Virus record (IMG/VR): IMGVR_UViG_2937877337_000001 | Coordinates: 9,026-73,025 of that record | Length of the DNA stretch: 64,000 nt | DNA from: a virus | Direction: 5' to 3' (one strand) | Shown here: positions 1 to 8,710 of the stretch, in pieces | Position numbering within the stretch: the first letter of the stretch is position 1 | How the letters are laid out: every line of letters starts with the position of its first letter | Notes under the pieces: model-generated | What the model was told of the DNA's origin: nothing | Database searches by the model: none | What the model saw: only the letters and a program-made list of their open reading frames with translations | Translations under genes and position numbers: made by a program

Positions 1-297
1 CAGGTCTTCAACCTCCCACCAGGGTACCCTGCCCTTGATGATGCGATCCGACGCCGCCTTCAATTTCTCGTTGGTCACGCTCTCGTCGAGCGAATACCAG
101 AGCATCGGCAAATCGTAGGAGAGGCTGTTGAAGCCGACCGTCGTGTTACGCAGGAGCACGCTGCGGACATAGGCCCGGTCATAGTTCGGCTGGCGCCGGC
201 TGAACTCGACGCCAACGCGCTTCCCGTCTTCCTCGCGCTTGAAGCCGATGTAGAAATAGTCGTGGAAGCACTCGATGTCGGTAAAGATTGTGCTCAA
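1..297 (-). CDS. Family A (T7-like) DNA polymerase, N-terminal 3'-5' exonuclease domain only; gene continues past the left window edge
   Basis: Minus-strand translation MSTIFTDIECFHDYFYIGF...GFNSLSYDLPML matches Exo I (D-x-E) and Exo II (N-x3-Y-D-x-P) motifs of T7-type DNAP. TTG start at 297, 9 nt after the upstream stop, with AGGG upstream. No compositional bias. Confidence 0.55.
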   Translation of the reverse strand, partial: MSTIFTDIECFHDYFYIGFKREEDGKRVGVEFSRRQPNYDRAYVRSVLLRNTTVGFNSLSYDLPMLWYSLDESVTNEKLKAASDRIIKGRVPWWEVEDL

Positions 298-306
298 GGC
301 GGACCC

Positions 307-639
307 TCAGAGCCCGTCGAACGAAAGTGTGCCCTTCGCGGGCATGGCTTCGCCGCGCTCGATCTTTTGGGCGACTTCCAGGTTTGCCCTGGCTATATCG
401 TGGGAGTTCGCGGCGTGCTGCATCTGCCGCTGTTTGCGGATGATGTAGGACATCAACGCAAGCTCCTTGGTAGGATATGCGTATCGCCTGCCCTCTGGAT
501 TTTTCAGGACGAACCGATCGACTCCATATTCGTCCAGAACGACGCATTTCGCGGTATGTCGAGCCACGGGCAGTTCCTGCAGAAATGGAACCTCGCCTGC
601 CGTCCACGGGTCCACATACCGATAGTAAATTTCAACCAT
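307..639 (-). CDS. hypothetical protein (110 aa)
   Basis: ORF 307..690 trimmed to the internal ATG at 639 (MVEIYYRYVDPW...). That ATG is directly preceded by the recurring TTCAC-type motif at 641-672. Normal amino-acid composition. Confidence 0.5.
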   Translation of the reverse strand: MVEIYYRYVDPWTAGEVPFLQELPVARHTAKCVVLDEYGVDRFVLKNPEGRRYAYPTKELALMSYIIRKQRQMQHAANSHDIARANLEVAQKIERGEAMPAKGTLSFDGL

Positions 640-640
640 T

Positions 641-672
641 TTGCGTGATTTTCCCGTAAAAAGTGAAAATGG
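641..672. promoter_or_regulatory. TTCAC/GTGAA dyad motif copy (tttcactttttacgggaaaatcacg on minus strand) immediately 5' of the start codon
   Basis: Same motif family as at about 20 other intergenic sites. AT-rich in a GC-rich genome. Confidence 0.5.
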
Positions 673-702
673 GTGCGGCCGAAACCGCACCCAATTGCCG
701 GA

Positions 703-1401
703 TCAGATATCCAGATCGAAATCGTCCGACTTCGGCTTGCTCGATGTGCCCGAGGTCGAAGGGCCTTCGTCGAAGCTGTCGTCGGCTTCCAGCGTGTCGA
801 AATCGTCGTCATCCACGTAGATGCCGCCGCCGCCGAGACGATCGCCGACCTGGCGCGAGCGAATTGCTTCGACCGAGCAGGTAATGCGCGGCGTGCCGCC
901 GTTCTCGGTGCCGTACCACGACACGATCACGTCGCCGTAGGTTCCATTGTAGACGACTTCGGGGATTTCGCTGACTTCGATGACGCGCTTGTTGCGATCG
1001 CGAATCTGCGGGCGCTTGAGGCCACCACTCGGCCCCTTCGCACTGACGACAATGTTGCCTTCGTAACCCTTGTAGATTTCGCCGGCATCCGTCTTGAACC
1101 GATCGCCCTTCTTGAAGGAAAGGTTATCGGGCTTGTCATCCCACAACTGCTTCCACCAGTCCTCTGGCTTCTTGAACTCGCGTCCCGCAGCCTTCATCGC
1201 GGAGATGCAGGCGGCCTTGTTGCTGTCGTAGTCCGGCGTGCCCTTTTCGAGAATGAAATTGGCGCCGTGCTTCGGCTTTGCATTCGGGTCCTTGTTCTTC
1301 TTCGGCAGCGACGCTGTATGCAGCGAGTCTGCGAAGGAGATGCGGACGTTCGTCAAGGTGACGGTTCGGCCGGTTTTGTCTTTCTCGTTTACTTTTCCCA
1401 T
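703..1401 (-). CDS. phage single-stranded DNA-binding protein, DUF2815 type, with acidic C-terminal tail (DDFDLDI)
   Basis: N-terminus MGKVNEKDKTGRTVTLTNVRISF is typical of DUF2815 phage SSBs. Gly-rich linker plus acidic C-terminal peptide. Sits in the replication module. Confidence 0.7.
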   Translation of the reverse strand: MGKVNEKDKTGRTVTLTNVRISFADSLHTASLPKKNKDPNAKPKHGANFILEKGTPDYDSNKAACISAMKAAGREFKKPEDWWKQLWDDKPDNLSFKKGDRFKTDAGEIYKGYEGNIVVSAKGPSGGLKRPQIRDRNKRVIEVSEIPEVVYNGTYGDVIVSWYGTENGGTPRITCSVEAIRSRQVGDRLGGGGIYVDDDDFDTLEADDSFDEGPSTSGTSSKPKSDDFDLDI

Positions 1402-1437
1402 GGTCTCAGTTCCTTGGTATCTCGGTTGCTAGGTTTC

Positions 1438-2667
1438 TCAGGTTTCGGCGGTATCGAGGTCGTCAAAATCATCGTCCCACTGCACAAGTGCAGGCTTCGG
1501 ATGATCTTCTGGCACCAGCTTTGGCTTTCCCGGTGGACGAACCAGAAGGGTTTGCAGGGCCTCCCACGTCTTGGGATGACCTGCCCTTTTTCTACCCGGC
1601 TTGACGAGCTTTTCGATCTCGCCGATGCCGATGAGTTCTCGGGGCTTGTATGCCTTGTCGCCGAGTGCGGCGGTCAGCAGTAACTCACCCTTTTTGACAT
1701 CCTTGATGCGACGATCGCCAAGGTCGCCGTCGACTGCCTTCGAGCCCGGATCGGGCTTTCCATCCAGCGCGGCGCGCAGCGACTCGTCATGCAATTCGGC
1801 CAGTCTGGCACGAATGTCGGGAGCGTGCTTGACCACCAGCCAGCGGCGCTCGCCGACCAGGTTCTGCCGCTCGTAGCCGGGAATGATGGTGTTGGGCAGT
1901 TCTGGATAGGCGTCCGCCGCCATCTCCATCAGCCAGCGGTCACGCGGTGGACAGCCGCCAGGTGCCTTGCGAACTTCGCACCACTTGCAAGCTTTCTCGC
2001 TCGGCTTGAACTCGACATCGCCGGATTCAATCTTCGCGTAGACGGCCTTCATTTCCTCGCCGAACGCGAGCAGTTCGTCGAGCGTGATTTCCCAATACTT
2101 CATGCCGCCCGCGCGCGGCTGATCGATGTTGATCACGATCTTCTCGACGTGCGGGCGACCGAGGAAGTGCCACATGCCGAGGGCGTAAAGGCGCAACTGC
2201 TTGTTGCCTTTCGCGTCAACAGGAACGCCGGCCCCAAACTTCAAATCGGAGATGTAGAGCACGACGCCGGAACTGAGCGCGGTGCTTGACAGCCAGCCCG
2301 TGTCGCAGGTACCGAACTGATCCGGCAGCCATGGCGACAGGTCCACCTGGATTTCGACATGCGGCGCGCCAGTGTGCTCGCGGACCCAATCAATGCCGGT
2401 CTGCAGATGATCGGCCATCGTATCATCGACGACGTAGGTGAAACCGTCTGCGCTGATCGTGGCGCCGACGAAGTGCCGCGCATCCAGCCCGAAGACCAGA
2501 CACATCTCGCGGACTTCGTGCGCAACGGTGCCCTCGGCAGACCAATCAGACGCGTCTCGATCGCCGATTGCGCCGTCAACATGCAGCTTGTCGAGCAGCC
2601 CCACGGATGCTGTGCATGTTGACCAGCGATCGCAGCCGGAAGGGGAGAGACGCGCGTGCGAACCCAT
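1438..2667 (-). CDS. DUF2800-family PD-(D/E)XK (Cas4/RecB-like) nuclease with C-terminal Cys cluster
   Basis: 409 aa. CDRW...C near the N-terminus and CKWCEV...GGC near the C-terminus are typical of DUF2800 phage exonucleases. Acidic C-terminus DDDFDDLDTAET. Adjacent to DUF2815 SSB and PolA, as in known phage modules. Confidence 0.65.
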   Translation of the reverse strand: MGSHARLSPSGCDRWSTCTASVGLLDKLHVDGAIGDRDASDWSAEGTVAHEVREMCLVFGLDARHFVGATISADGFTYVVDDTMADHLQTGIDWVREHTGAPHVEIQVDLSPWLPDQFGTCDTGWLSSTALSSGVVLYISDLKFGAGVPVDAKGNKQLRLYALGMWHFLGRPHVEKIVINIDQPRAGGMKYWEITLDELLAFGEEMKAVYAKIESGDVEFKPSEKACKWCEVRKAPGGCPPRDRWLMEMAADAYPELPNTIIPGYERQNLVGERRWLVVKHAPDIRARLAELHDESLRAALDGKPDPGSKAVDGDLGDRRIKDVKKGELLLTAALGDKAYKPRELIGIGEIEKLVKPGRKRAGHPKTWEALQTLLVRPPGKPKLVPEDHPKPALVQWDDDFDDLDTAET

Positions 2668-2945
2668 CAGAAAGGAATCTCGCCCATCGGTTCAGGGATT
2701 GAACGTGGCCGCGCCTCTACATCAACGATGTATATGGGTTCATGCCGAACACCCCGTTCGTCGATGATATGGAGACAGCCTTCCTCGCCCTCGTGGAGAA
2801 CACCTCGCCACGCGCCGTTGATGACATAGAAGGCATGTGCCGTTCCAAATTCGGCTTGGATGCGGCGGTCAGTCGGAGCGCCGCCGAGCCAAGCGATTGT
2901 TCCTGGCGTGAGTTCGTCGAAGGCGATGTGACGGGAGATTTCCAT
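2667..2945 (-). CDS. hypothetical protein (92 aa)
   Basis: ORF trimmed to MEISRH at 2945, which shares 1 nt with the upstream stop (TAATG coupling). Confidence 0.4.
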   Translation of the reverse strand: MEISRHIAFDELTPGTIAWLGGAPTDRRIQAEFGTAHAFYVINGAWRGVLHEGEEGCLHIIDERGVRHEPIYIVDVEARPRSIPEPMGEIPF

Positions 2946-3499
2946 TATGCGAACACGTCCCTCACAATGGCCCACAGGTCCGCGTCGCTCATCACGGCAT
3001 GACGCACGAAGCCGTTGTCGGGCTTCTTGCCGATCGGGCAGAAGACGCGAACGGGGATCGGCCGCACGTCGCCCTTGAGCATCAGCGTCGCGGTGGGCTG
3101 GTTGACGAAGGTCTCGTGGACCCTGCCGGCCGGCAGCCGGTAACTTTCCCCGGCCGGCACGACCTGCGCATGATAGGGCGTGAGCCTGACCGGATCGCCG
3201 AGCGGGACAAGAACAGTGTCCTCGCCCTCACGAACTTGCGGCGTGTAAACGTCATGCGTGACCGGCAAAGCTCGTGCAGGATAAGCCTGGTAGGTCGCGT
3301 TGACCATCACGCCGCGCAGCACGAAGCTGTAGAAATCGAACCGGTGGTCGTGCAGTTGCGTCGCCTGGCTCTGGCGCGGGATCGCATGGTGGCCCCACAC
3401 GTTGACCCGCTTGTTATCGGGCAGGTCGATCTGGATGAAGCCGTTGCCGTGGACGCGGATGCCGCTGCCCTGCTTCCTGATCTCGTCGAACGTGATCAT
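2945..3499 (-). CDS. hypothetical protein (184 aa), possibly cupin-like
   Basis: Start MITFDEIRK at 3499 overlaps the upstream stop (ATGA). His-rich motifs HGNGFIQID and HDHRFD. No family recognised. Confidence 0.5.
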   Translation of the reverse strand: MITFDEIRKQGSGIRVHGNGFIQIDLPDNKRVNVWGHHAIPRQSQATQLHDHRFDFYSFVLRGVMVNATYQAYPARALPVTHDVYTPQVREGEDTVLVPLGDPVRLTPYHAQVVPAGESYRLPAGRVHETFVNQPTATLMLKGDVRPIPVRVFCPIGKKPDNGFVRHAVMSDADLWAIVRDVFA

Positions 3500-3702
3500 G
3501 GCCTGTTCTCCATGTCGCCCTCGGCGGTGAACGGCCCCTCGAAGGAGACCGACCGATCGCCCCACTTGCGACGCGTTGACTTGTCGAAGGCCCCGACCGG
3601 GGTGCAGTAGACGAAGGGCGTTTCATCGACGATCCTCGCCGGGAAACGCTTCTCGCCGAGCACGACTAGGTGCCGGTATGCGGGGAAGATGTCGGGCGAC
3701 AT
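3496..3702 (-). CDS. hypothetical protein (68 aa)
   Basis: Internal ATG at 3702 overlaps the upstream stop (ATGA). Unbiased composition. Confidence 0.4.
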   Translation of the reverse strand: MSPDIFPAYRHLVVLGEKRFPARIVDETPFVYCTPVGAFDKSTRRKWGDRSVSFEGPFTAEGDMENRP

Positions 3703-4046
3703 CAGAGCGAGCCGAACTGATACTTCAACTGCTCGAAAGGAATGCCCGAGCGCTCGGCCATTTTGGCGCAAACACGCTTCTGACGGTCGGTCTCAGCAGC
3801 GGCGGAGGCGGCACGCACCATGCGCTTGCGCTGGCCGCGCGTCGTGCCGAGCGTGCGATGCACTTCCGGCTCTTTGGCAGGGGTGCGGAAGCCACGGCCG
3901 CCGCGCATGATCGCGAGTGCCGACTTTCGCGCCAAGAAAGCGCCGCTGCCTTCGCCGAGCGGGTTGCCGAGTGTCTGACCGATCTCGCGGTTCATGATCT
4001 TGGCGAAGACCGTCTGGCCGAATAGGGATTTGCCGAAAAAGTTCAC
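3702..4046 (-). CDS. hypothetical protein (114 aa)
   Basis: GTG start at 4046 with a perfect AGGAG 7 nt upstream. The 5' part of the annotated 212-aa ORF is Arg/Ser-rich junk and overlaps the neighbouring gene. Confidence 0.5.
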   Translation of the reverse strand: MNFFGKSLFGQTVFAKIMNREIGQTLGNPLGEGSGAFLARKSALAIMRGGRGFRTPAKEPEVHRTLGTTRGQRKRMVRAASAAAETDRQKRVCAKMAERSGIPFEQLKYQFGSL

Positions 4047-4203
4047 TGCTGTCTCCTTGTTTTCGAGGCGCTTGAGAAGCGAGCGGGAGGCCGCAGGGAA
4101 ACAGCCCGCATCCGAGAGCTTGGGAGGACAATTCTCGGAGCCCGCTCGCCACCGAAGCGCCTCCCGGCGTGCTGCCGGGAGGACTGCGACAGGCGAATTC
4201 GGA

Positions 4204-4719
4204 TCAGAGGTCGAGGTCGTCGTTGGACTTCTTCGGCGCCTCGGTGATGTCGCCCTTGGCGATGAGCTTCGCCACCTGGTCCTTGAACAGCGGGATCGCC
4301 GATTCCATGATGTGGTCGGCTGCCGATGCCTTCTCGACATCCGGCTTCTTGATCTTCTCGTGGTTCAGCAGGTTGCGCATCTTCTCCTTGCGCGCCTCGC
4401 GTTCCTCGGGGCGATCGGTGCCGGTGATGTAGCCGGCGATCAGGTCCTTGATGCCCTCATAGGGGTTGGTGCGGTTCTCGGGATCGGTCGAAATCTGACC
4501 CTTGCCGGCATCCTCGCCCTTCGTTTCGTCCTTCTTGCCGGCGTCGTCCTTCGCCTTGTCCTTGCCCTTGCCGGTGGCGGCGACTGCGGCTGTCACCTTC
4601 TCGACGGCATCGGTGCGCAGGGACAGCAAGTCCTTGGTGGCAGCGAGAAGAGCGTTGGTGGCGGCGGTGCTTTCTTTCAGTGCGGCCGTGTGTTCGGCGA
4701 TTACAGCTTCGAGGCTCAT
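4204..4719 (-). CDS. hypothetical phage protein (171 aa), Lys/Asp-rich, C-terminus NDDLDL
   Basis: First gene of the minus-strand replication operon, leaving the divergent control region. Acidic C-terminal peptide as in SSB. Confidence 0.55.
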   Translation of the reverse strand: MSLEAVIAEHTAALKESTAATNALLAATKDLLSLRTDAVEKVTAAVAATGKGKDKAKDDAGKKDETKGEDAGKGQISTDPENRTNPYEGIKDLIAGYITGTDRPEEREARKEKMRNLLNHEKIKKPDVEKASAADHIMESAIPLFKDQVAKLIAKGDITEAPKKSNDDLDL

Positions 4720-4739
4720 AGTGTCTCCTGGTGGATGGG

Positions 4740-4885
4740 TTGAAAATCACGATTAACGTGAATGCATGGTCGTTAAATCACGTTTAAAGTCACGTTTCAA
4801 GCCCCATGTGCAATAATTTCACGTTTAACTTGATTTTGCGGAACAGCGGCGTTAAGGTCGCCTCAAATCCAACCAAGGGGACGTG
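4740..4885. promoter_or_regulatory. divergent control region with at least 4 copies or half-sites of the TCACG(T/A)-TTAA-ACGTGA motif
   Basis: cacgattaacgtgaat / aatcacgtttaaagtcacgtttcaag / atttcacgtttaacttg lie between the minus-strand operon (start 4719) and the plus-strand operon (start 4883). Confidence 0.55.
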
Positions 4886-5227
4886 ATGGAACCGAATTCA
4901 CAGTCGGCGGAACCGAAGCCAGCCTATACCGGCCGCCCGCGCAAAGACGACAACTTCAAATTCTACGATGGCGCTTTGAACAAACTCCTGCTCGACAAGC
5001 TGCCATCGGCCTGCATCAAGTTTGGCCGCATCGACACGCTCGCGCTGGCCAAGGCCACGGGGAACGCCCGTTTCACCATCTACCGGTGGCTGAATGAGCA
5101 GAGACTTTCCAAGAATGCCATCCGGTCGCTGCTCAAGGTCTCTGCCGAGACCGAGGAACGCAAGAAAAAGGGCAAGTTGAAGAAGGACGATCTGATCCCC
5201 TTCTTCGATCTCGGCGACGACCTCTGA
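4883..5227 (+). CDS. small HTH DNA-binding protein (putative transcriptional regulator), C-terminus FFDLGDDL
   Basis: Helix-turn-helix-like segment IDTLALAKATGNARFTIYRWLNEQ. AAGGGGA ribosome-binding site. First gene after the operator-rich region. Confidence 0.55.
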   Translation: MMEPNSQSAEPKPAYTGRPRKDDNFKFYDGALNKLLLDKLPSACIKFGRIDTLALAKATGNARFTIYRWLNEQRLSKNAIRSLLKVSAETEERKKKGKLKKDDLIPFFDLGDDL

Positions 5228-5249
5228 TTCCCGCAGGGGAAGGCGTAAC

Positions 5250-7775
5250 ATGGCAAGTGCTCCCACGCTCGACAGCGTGCTTGATTCCGTCCGTCCGCTA
5301 ATCGAGGCCGGCGCGGCGCTGCATTGGTTGGTGCCGTTCGAAAAACGGCCAATCGCGAGAGATTGGTCAGCCGCAGCCGTGCAAACGGAGGCGTCGCTTC
5401 GCGCGAGCTACCGCGACAACGCCAACATCGGCATCCGGCTCGGTGAGCCGTCGAAGACCGAGGCTGGCTACCTTCATGTTTTCGATCTCGACATCCGAAA
5501 GCCCGAACTCGCCGCCGAGGCGTGGGCCGCAGTCGAGGCGCTTTGGCCCGGCGCGCGCACGCTGCCATCGGTCATCAGCGGTTCGGGCGGCGAGAGCCGC
5601 CACCTGTATTTTGTCGCCGAACAGCCATTGCGCAAGAAGACCCTGGCTCAGTCGAATGGCTTCGAGAAGCTGTGGGACGATCGGCAGCAGAAGTTCGTCG
5701 TCAAGCGCGACTGGATGATCGACCTGTTCGGCACGGGCGTCCAGGTCGTGCTGCCGCCCTCGATCCATCCCGACACCAAGCTTCCCTACCGATGGGAGCG
5801 CCCGCTCGATCTCGACATGATCGGCTTTGGCATCGGCCCAATCATTCCCGCCGAGGCGATCGAGAAATGGGGCGTGAAGACCTCCGTCGTCGAGGCCGGC
5901 GACGAGGAAGACGAACTTTTCGATCTCACCCGCTCCGAGCCAATGGACCTGGACGCGGCGCAGATCAGCGACATTCTCAAGCACATTCCCAACGACGGGG
6001 CCGGCGCCCACTATGACGACTATGTGCAGGTCGGCATGGCCTTGCATCACCAGTTCCGGGGCTCGAACGAGGGCTTCGAACGCTGGTGCGAATGGGCGAA
6101 GCAATCGGAGAAGTTTGACGCCAAGAACGCGGCTCTGCGCTGGCGTTCGTTCAGTCAGGATTCCAAGAACCCCGTCCGCATGGCGACGCTGATCCAGATC
6201 AGCCAGACCAACAAGCTCAAGGCCGAGTTCGATTTCGACGATGACGATGACGACGGCTTCGACAACCTGCCCGCTGTCATCGAGAAGAACGACCTCTCCG
6301 ATTTGCTCGGCGTGGCTGACGGCAACGATCTCTCCGATTTGCTCGGCGACGGTCCCACGTCCGCCGCGAAAGCGGACAAAAAGGACGCTGTTGATCCTGA
6401 CTGGCTGAGCAAGTTGCATCGCAACGAGGAAGGCGAGATCAAGAGCACCCTGCCCAACGTCGGCTTGATCGTCAATAATGACCAGCGGATGCGCCTGGTC
6501 GCCGCGTTCAATCAGTTCAGGCAAGAAATCGTGCTGATCGCAGAGCCGAAGCAGGCCCGAAAGAAGCGCGACTCAAGTCACGATCCGGTCAATCTGGAAG
6601 GCGAAATCTGGAAGCTCAAGGACCCGCTGAACGGCGACAACTGGACCGACAGCCACGACACAGCGATTCGCCACATCATTGAGTCCAAGACGCAGTTGAA
6701 GGGTTACGGGATCAAGGTCACTGACCGCGATCTGCGCGGTGCAATCGACATGAGCGCGCAGAAGCGCTCCTTCCACCCCGTCAAGAAGCTGCTCGCCTCC
6801 GAGACATGGGATGGCAAGCCCCGCGTTGAGAGCCTGTTCATTGATTACCTCGGCTGCGACGACAACGAGTACAACCGCCAGGCTTCGTTGATGACGTTCG
6901 TCGGCGCCGTGGCGCGCGTCATGCGGCCGGGCCACAAGTTCGACTTCGTGCCGATCCTTGAAGGCGCCCAGGGCAAGGGCAAATCCACGTTCATCGAAAT
7001 CCTCGGGTTGCAGTGGTATAACGAACTGACCGGCGACATCAGCGACCCGAAGCAGATGGTCGAAGTGATGCAGGGCTCGTGGATTTTGGAAATCGGCGAG
7101 CTTTCCTCCATGGCCCGCGCCGAAGTCAACGACCTGAAAGCCTTCGTCAGCCGCACACACGACAAGGTGCGTCTCGCCTGGGAGAAGCGAGCCAAGGAAT
7201 TCCCTCGGCAGTGCATCTTCATCGGCTCGACCAATGACCGCGAGTACCTGCGAGACCAGACCGGTGGCCGGCGCTTCTGGCCGATCGTCTGCAAGCTGGT
7301 GGGGCAGATCGACAATCCCCGGCTGCGCCGGGAAATTATGCAGGTATGGGCCGAGGCGCTGCACATCTTCCACGAGATGGAGAAGCAGTACAACGGCACC
7401 CTGCCGCTGTTCCTGACCGACCAGGCCGCCGAGCAGGCCCTCGTCATGCAGGAGAGCCGCCGCGTCGAGAGCAGTGAAGAGATGCTGGCGGGCAAGATCG
7501 AGGCGTGGCTTGACCAGCCTGTCGGCACCGACGAGGACTTCGACGATCTGGACCCGAATGCCCCGAAGACCTTCCGCAACGAGACCTCGGTTCAGCAGAT
7601 TTGGGAAGAGATGCTGCGCCGCGACGGCTCGGTCCCGCACACCGAAGCCATGAAGATCGGCAAGGCCATGCTGATCGTCGGGTGGCATCGCACCGAGGGT
7701 CCGGTTACAGCCCGAGAAATCAACAAAAAATACGGAAAGTGTCGCGTCTACGTGCGACCCGGAACTGAGATATAA
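5250..7775 (+). CDS. primase-polymerase (prim-pol N-domain) / PriCT-1 / VirE-D5-like P-loop NTPase replication initiator
   Basis: 841 aa. Prim-pol-like N-terminal region (LHWLVPFEKRPIARDW...HVFDLDI). PriCT-like HYDDYVQVGMALHHQF. Walker A GAQGKGKST and Walker B-like CIFIGSTND. Internal acidic linker with a duplicated NDLSDLLG. Confidence 0.75.
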   Translation: MASAPTLDSVLDSVRPLIEAGAALHWLVPFEKRPIARDWSAAAVQTEASLRASYRDNANIGIRLGEPSKTEAGYLHVFDLDIRKPELAAEAWAAVEALWPGARTLPSVISGSGGESRHLYFVAEQPLRKKTLAQSNGFEKLWDDRQQKFVVKRDWMIDLFGTGVQVVLPPSIHPDTKLPYRWERPLDLDMIGFGIGPIIPAEAIEKWGVKTSVVEAGDEEDELFDLTRSEPMDLDAAQISDILKHIPNDGAGAHYDDYVQVGMALHHQFRGSNEGFERWCEWAKQSEKFDAKNAALRWRSFSQDSKNPVRMATLIQISQTNKLKAEFDFDDDDDDGFDNLPAVIEKNDLSDLLGVADGNDLSDLLGDGPTSAAKADKKDAVDPDWLSKLHRNEEGEIKSTLPNVGLIVNNDQRMRLVAAFNQFRQEIVLIAEPKQARKKRDSSHDPVNLEGEIWKLKDPLNGDNWTDSHDTAIRHIIESKTQLKGYGIKVTDRDLRGAIDMSAQKRSFHPVKKLLASETWDGKPRVESLFIDYLGCDDNEYNRQASLMTFVGAVARVMRPGHKFDFVPILEGAQGKGKSTFIEILGLQWYNELTGDISDPKQMVEVMQGSWILEIGELSSMARAEVNDLKAFVSRTHDKVRLAWEKRAKEFPRQCIFIGSTNDREYLRDQTGGRRFWPIVCKLVGQIDNPRLRREIMQVWAEALHIFHEMEKQYNGTLPLFLTDQAAEQALVMQESRRVESSEEMLAGKIEAWLDQPVGTDEDFDDLDPNAPKTFRNETSVQQIWEEMLRRDGSVPHTEAMKIGKAMLIVGWHRTEGPVTAREINKKYGKCRVYVRPGTEI

Positions 7776-7796
7776 TCGATCATCGAATAGGATTGA

Positions 7797-7822
7797 ATTG
7801 ACCCGCTTCGGCGGGTTTTTTC
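7797..7822 (+). terminator. rho-independent terminator after the primase gene
   Basis: gacccgcttcggcgggtc stem followed by a T6 run. Confidence 0.6.
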
Positions 7823-7829
7823 ATGCCAA

Positions 7830-8320
7830 ATGCAATCTGTTGCATGATGGGTTCCATCGCATCTGCGCTTTTCCGCGAAATGGAATGTATTCCACTTTCT
7901 CCCCGCCATTCTCAGCCTCTCACGCTCTCAGGCGGATTCCCATATAGTTTGCAGCGGCACCTTACGACCAGTCGGCTAGGCGTATGCCTCTCCTTCAGAT
8001 CCTCCTTCTTATAAACTATATCTATTTTAGGGTGAGAAGGCTGAGAGAGTGAGACAGTACTGATTTAATTGAGCTTTTTCGCTCACCCTAGTCAAAATGA
8101 GACTGAGAATGACTGAGAAGCGGTTTTGCTGCGCCGAATTTAACCGAAATCACGTTAAGATTGAAATATTCCCATCTGCTACCCCGTTTTCGTGAGCATT
8201 CCTCATATTTCCGGGGGATTGTGAGTGATCCTCACGTTTGATCTCGTTTCTCTGCGCTGAATTTCACATTTCGCGTGAATCGCGCTCAGCGCCTCCCGCA
8301 GCCGATCGACCCACCCAGGA
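7830..8320. other. putative origin of replication: AT-rich non-coding region with iteron-like CTGAGA(A/G) repeats and an AGGGTGAG / CTCACCCT inverted repeat
   Basis: No credible ORF. tgagaaggctgagagagtgagac and aatgagactgagaatgactgagaag direct repeats. Inverted repeat about 50 bp apart at about 8028 and about 8088. Additional TTCAC motif copies at 8150-8280. Lies immediately downstream of the initiator/primase gene. Confidence 0.35.
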
Positions 8321-8625
8321 AGGACCCAAAGCCACCATGCTATTGATTTCATTGCGCTTTTCGTCGTCGATGAAGCGCGGACACAATCGATCATGCCGCC
8401 TATCGAATGTGCTAACCAATTGAATTCATTATGCAAATGTGTCCTATCCCCTGCCATGCATCATGCATCGGGCAGCGCTGCAGCATGTCAACGCGTTGAA
8501 TCCGTTGCACAAAAGGCGATTGATCCTATCGCATTTGGACCTGCCACCATGCCGGCGCGGCCGGCCTAGTTGCCACGGGGCAAAGGCTGCAGAAGCGATG
8601 CGGGATATCCCGTTTCGGGCAGCGC

Positions 8626-8710
8626 CTCGACCTGGCAGCATCGAGCACGGCAGCCTCGACCACGGCAGCGCCTCGACCACGGCAGCGCCTCGACCACGGC
8701 AGCGCCTGGC
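8626..8710. repeat. 17-bp tandem direct repeat (cgaccacggcagcgcct), 3 perfect and about 2 degenerate copies
   Basis: Read directly at 8641-8710. GC-rich. Sits in an otherwise non-coding stretch next to the AT-rich iteron region. Confidence 0.75.

Noticed and set aside
297-309. Possible TGA read-through or pseudogene fusion between gene 307..639 and the polymerase exonuclease domain (same frame, 9 nt apart)
   Set aside because: T7-type polymerases begin with the DIE exo motif within the first 10 residues. A TTG start at 297 with an upstream AGGG is therefore sufficient, and no read-through is needed.
179-648. ORFs 179..607(-) and 262..648(+)
   Set aside because: Overlap the two better-supported minus-strand genes. 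Arg-rich translations.
5367-6524. 385-aa ORF on the minus strand inside the primase gene. Similar long antisense or out-of-frame ORFs: 6573..7688, 36864..38363, 43358..44263, 44572..45405, 45415..46764, 49489..50712, 50935..51930, 52818..54170, 56081..56992, 56548..57477, 59089..59865, 59865..61124.
   Set aside because: Typical high-GC shadow ORFs. They are Arg/Ala/Gly-rich with low-complexity translations. They overlap genes with clear homology on the other strand and have no ribosome-binding site.
8626-8710. CRISPR array
   Set aside because: Repeats are 17 bp, contiguous, and have no spacers.
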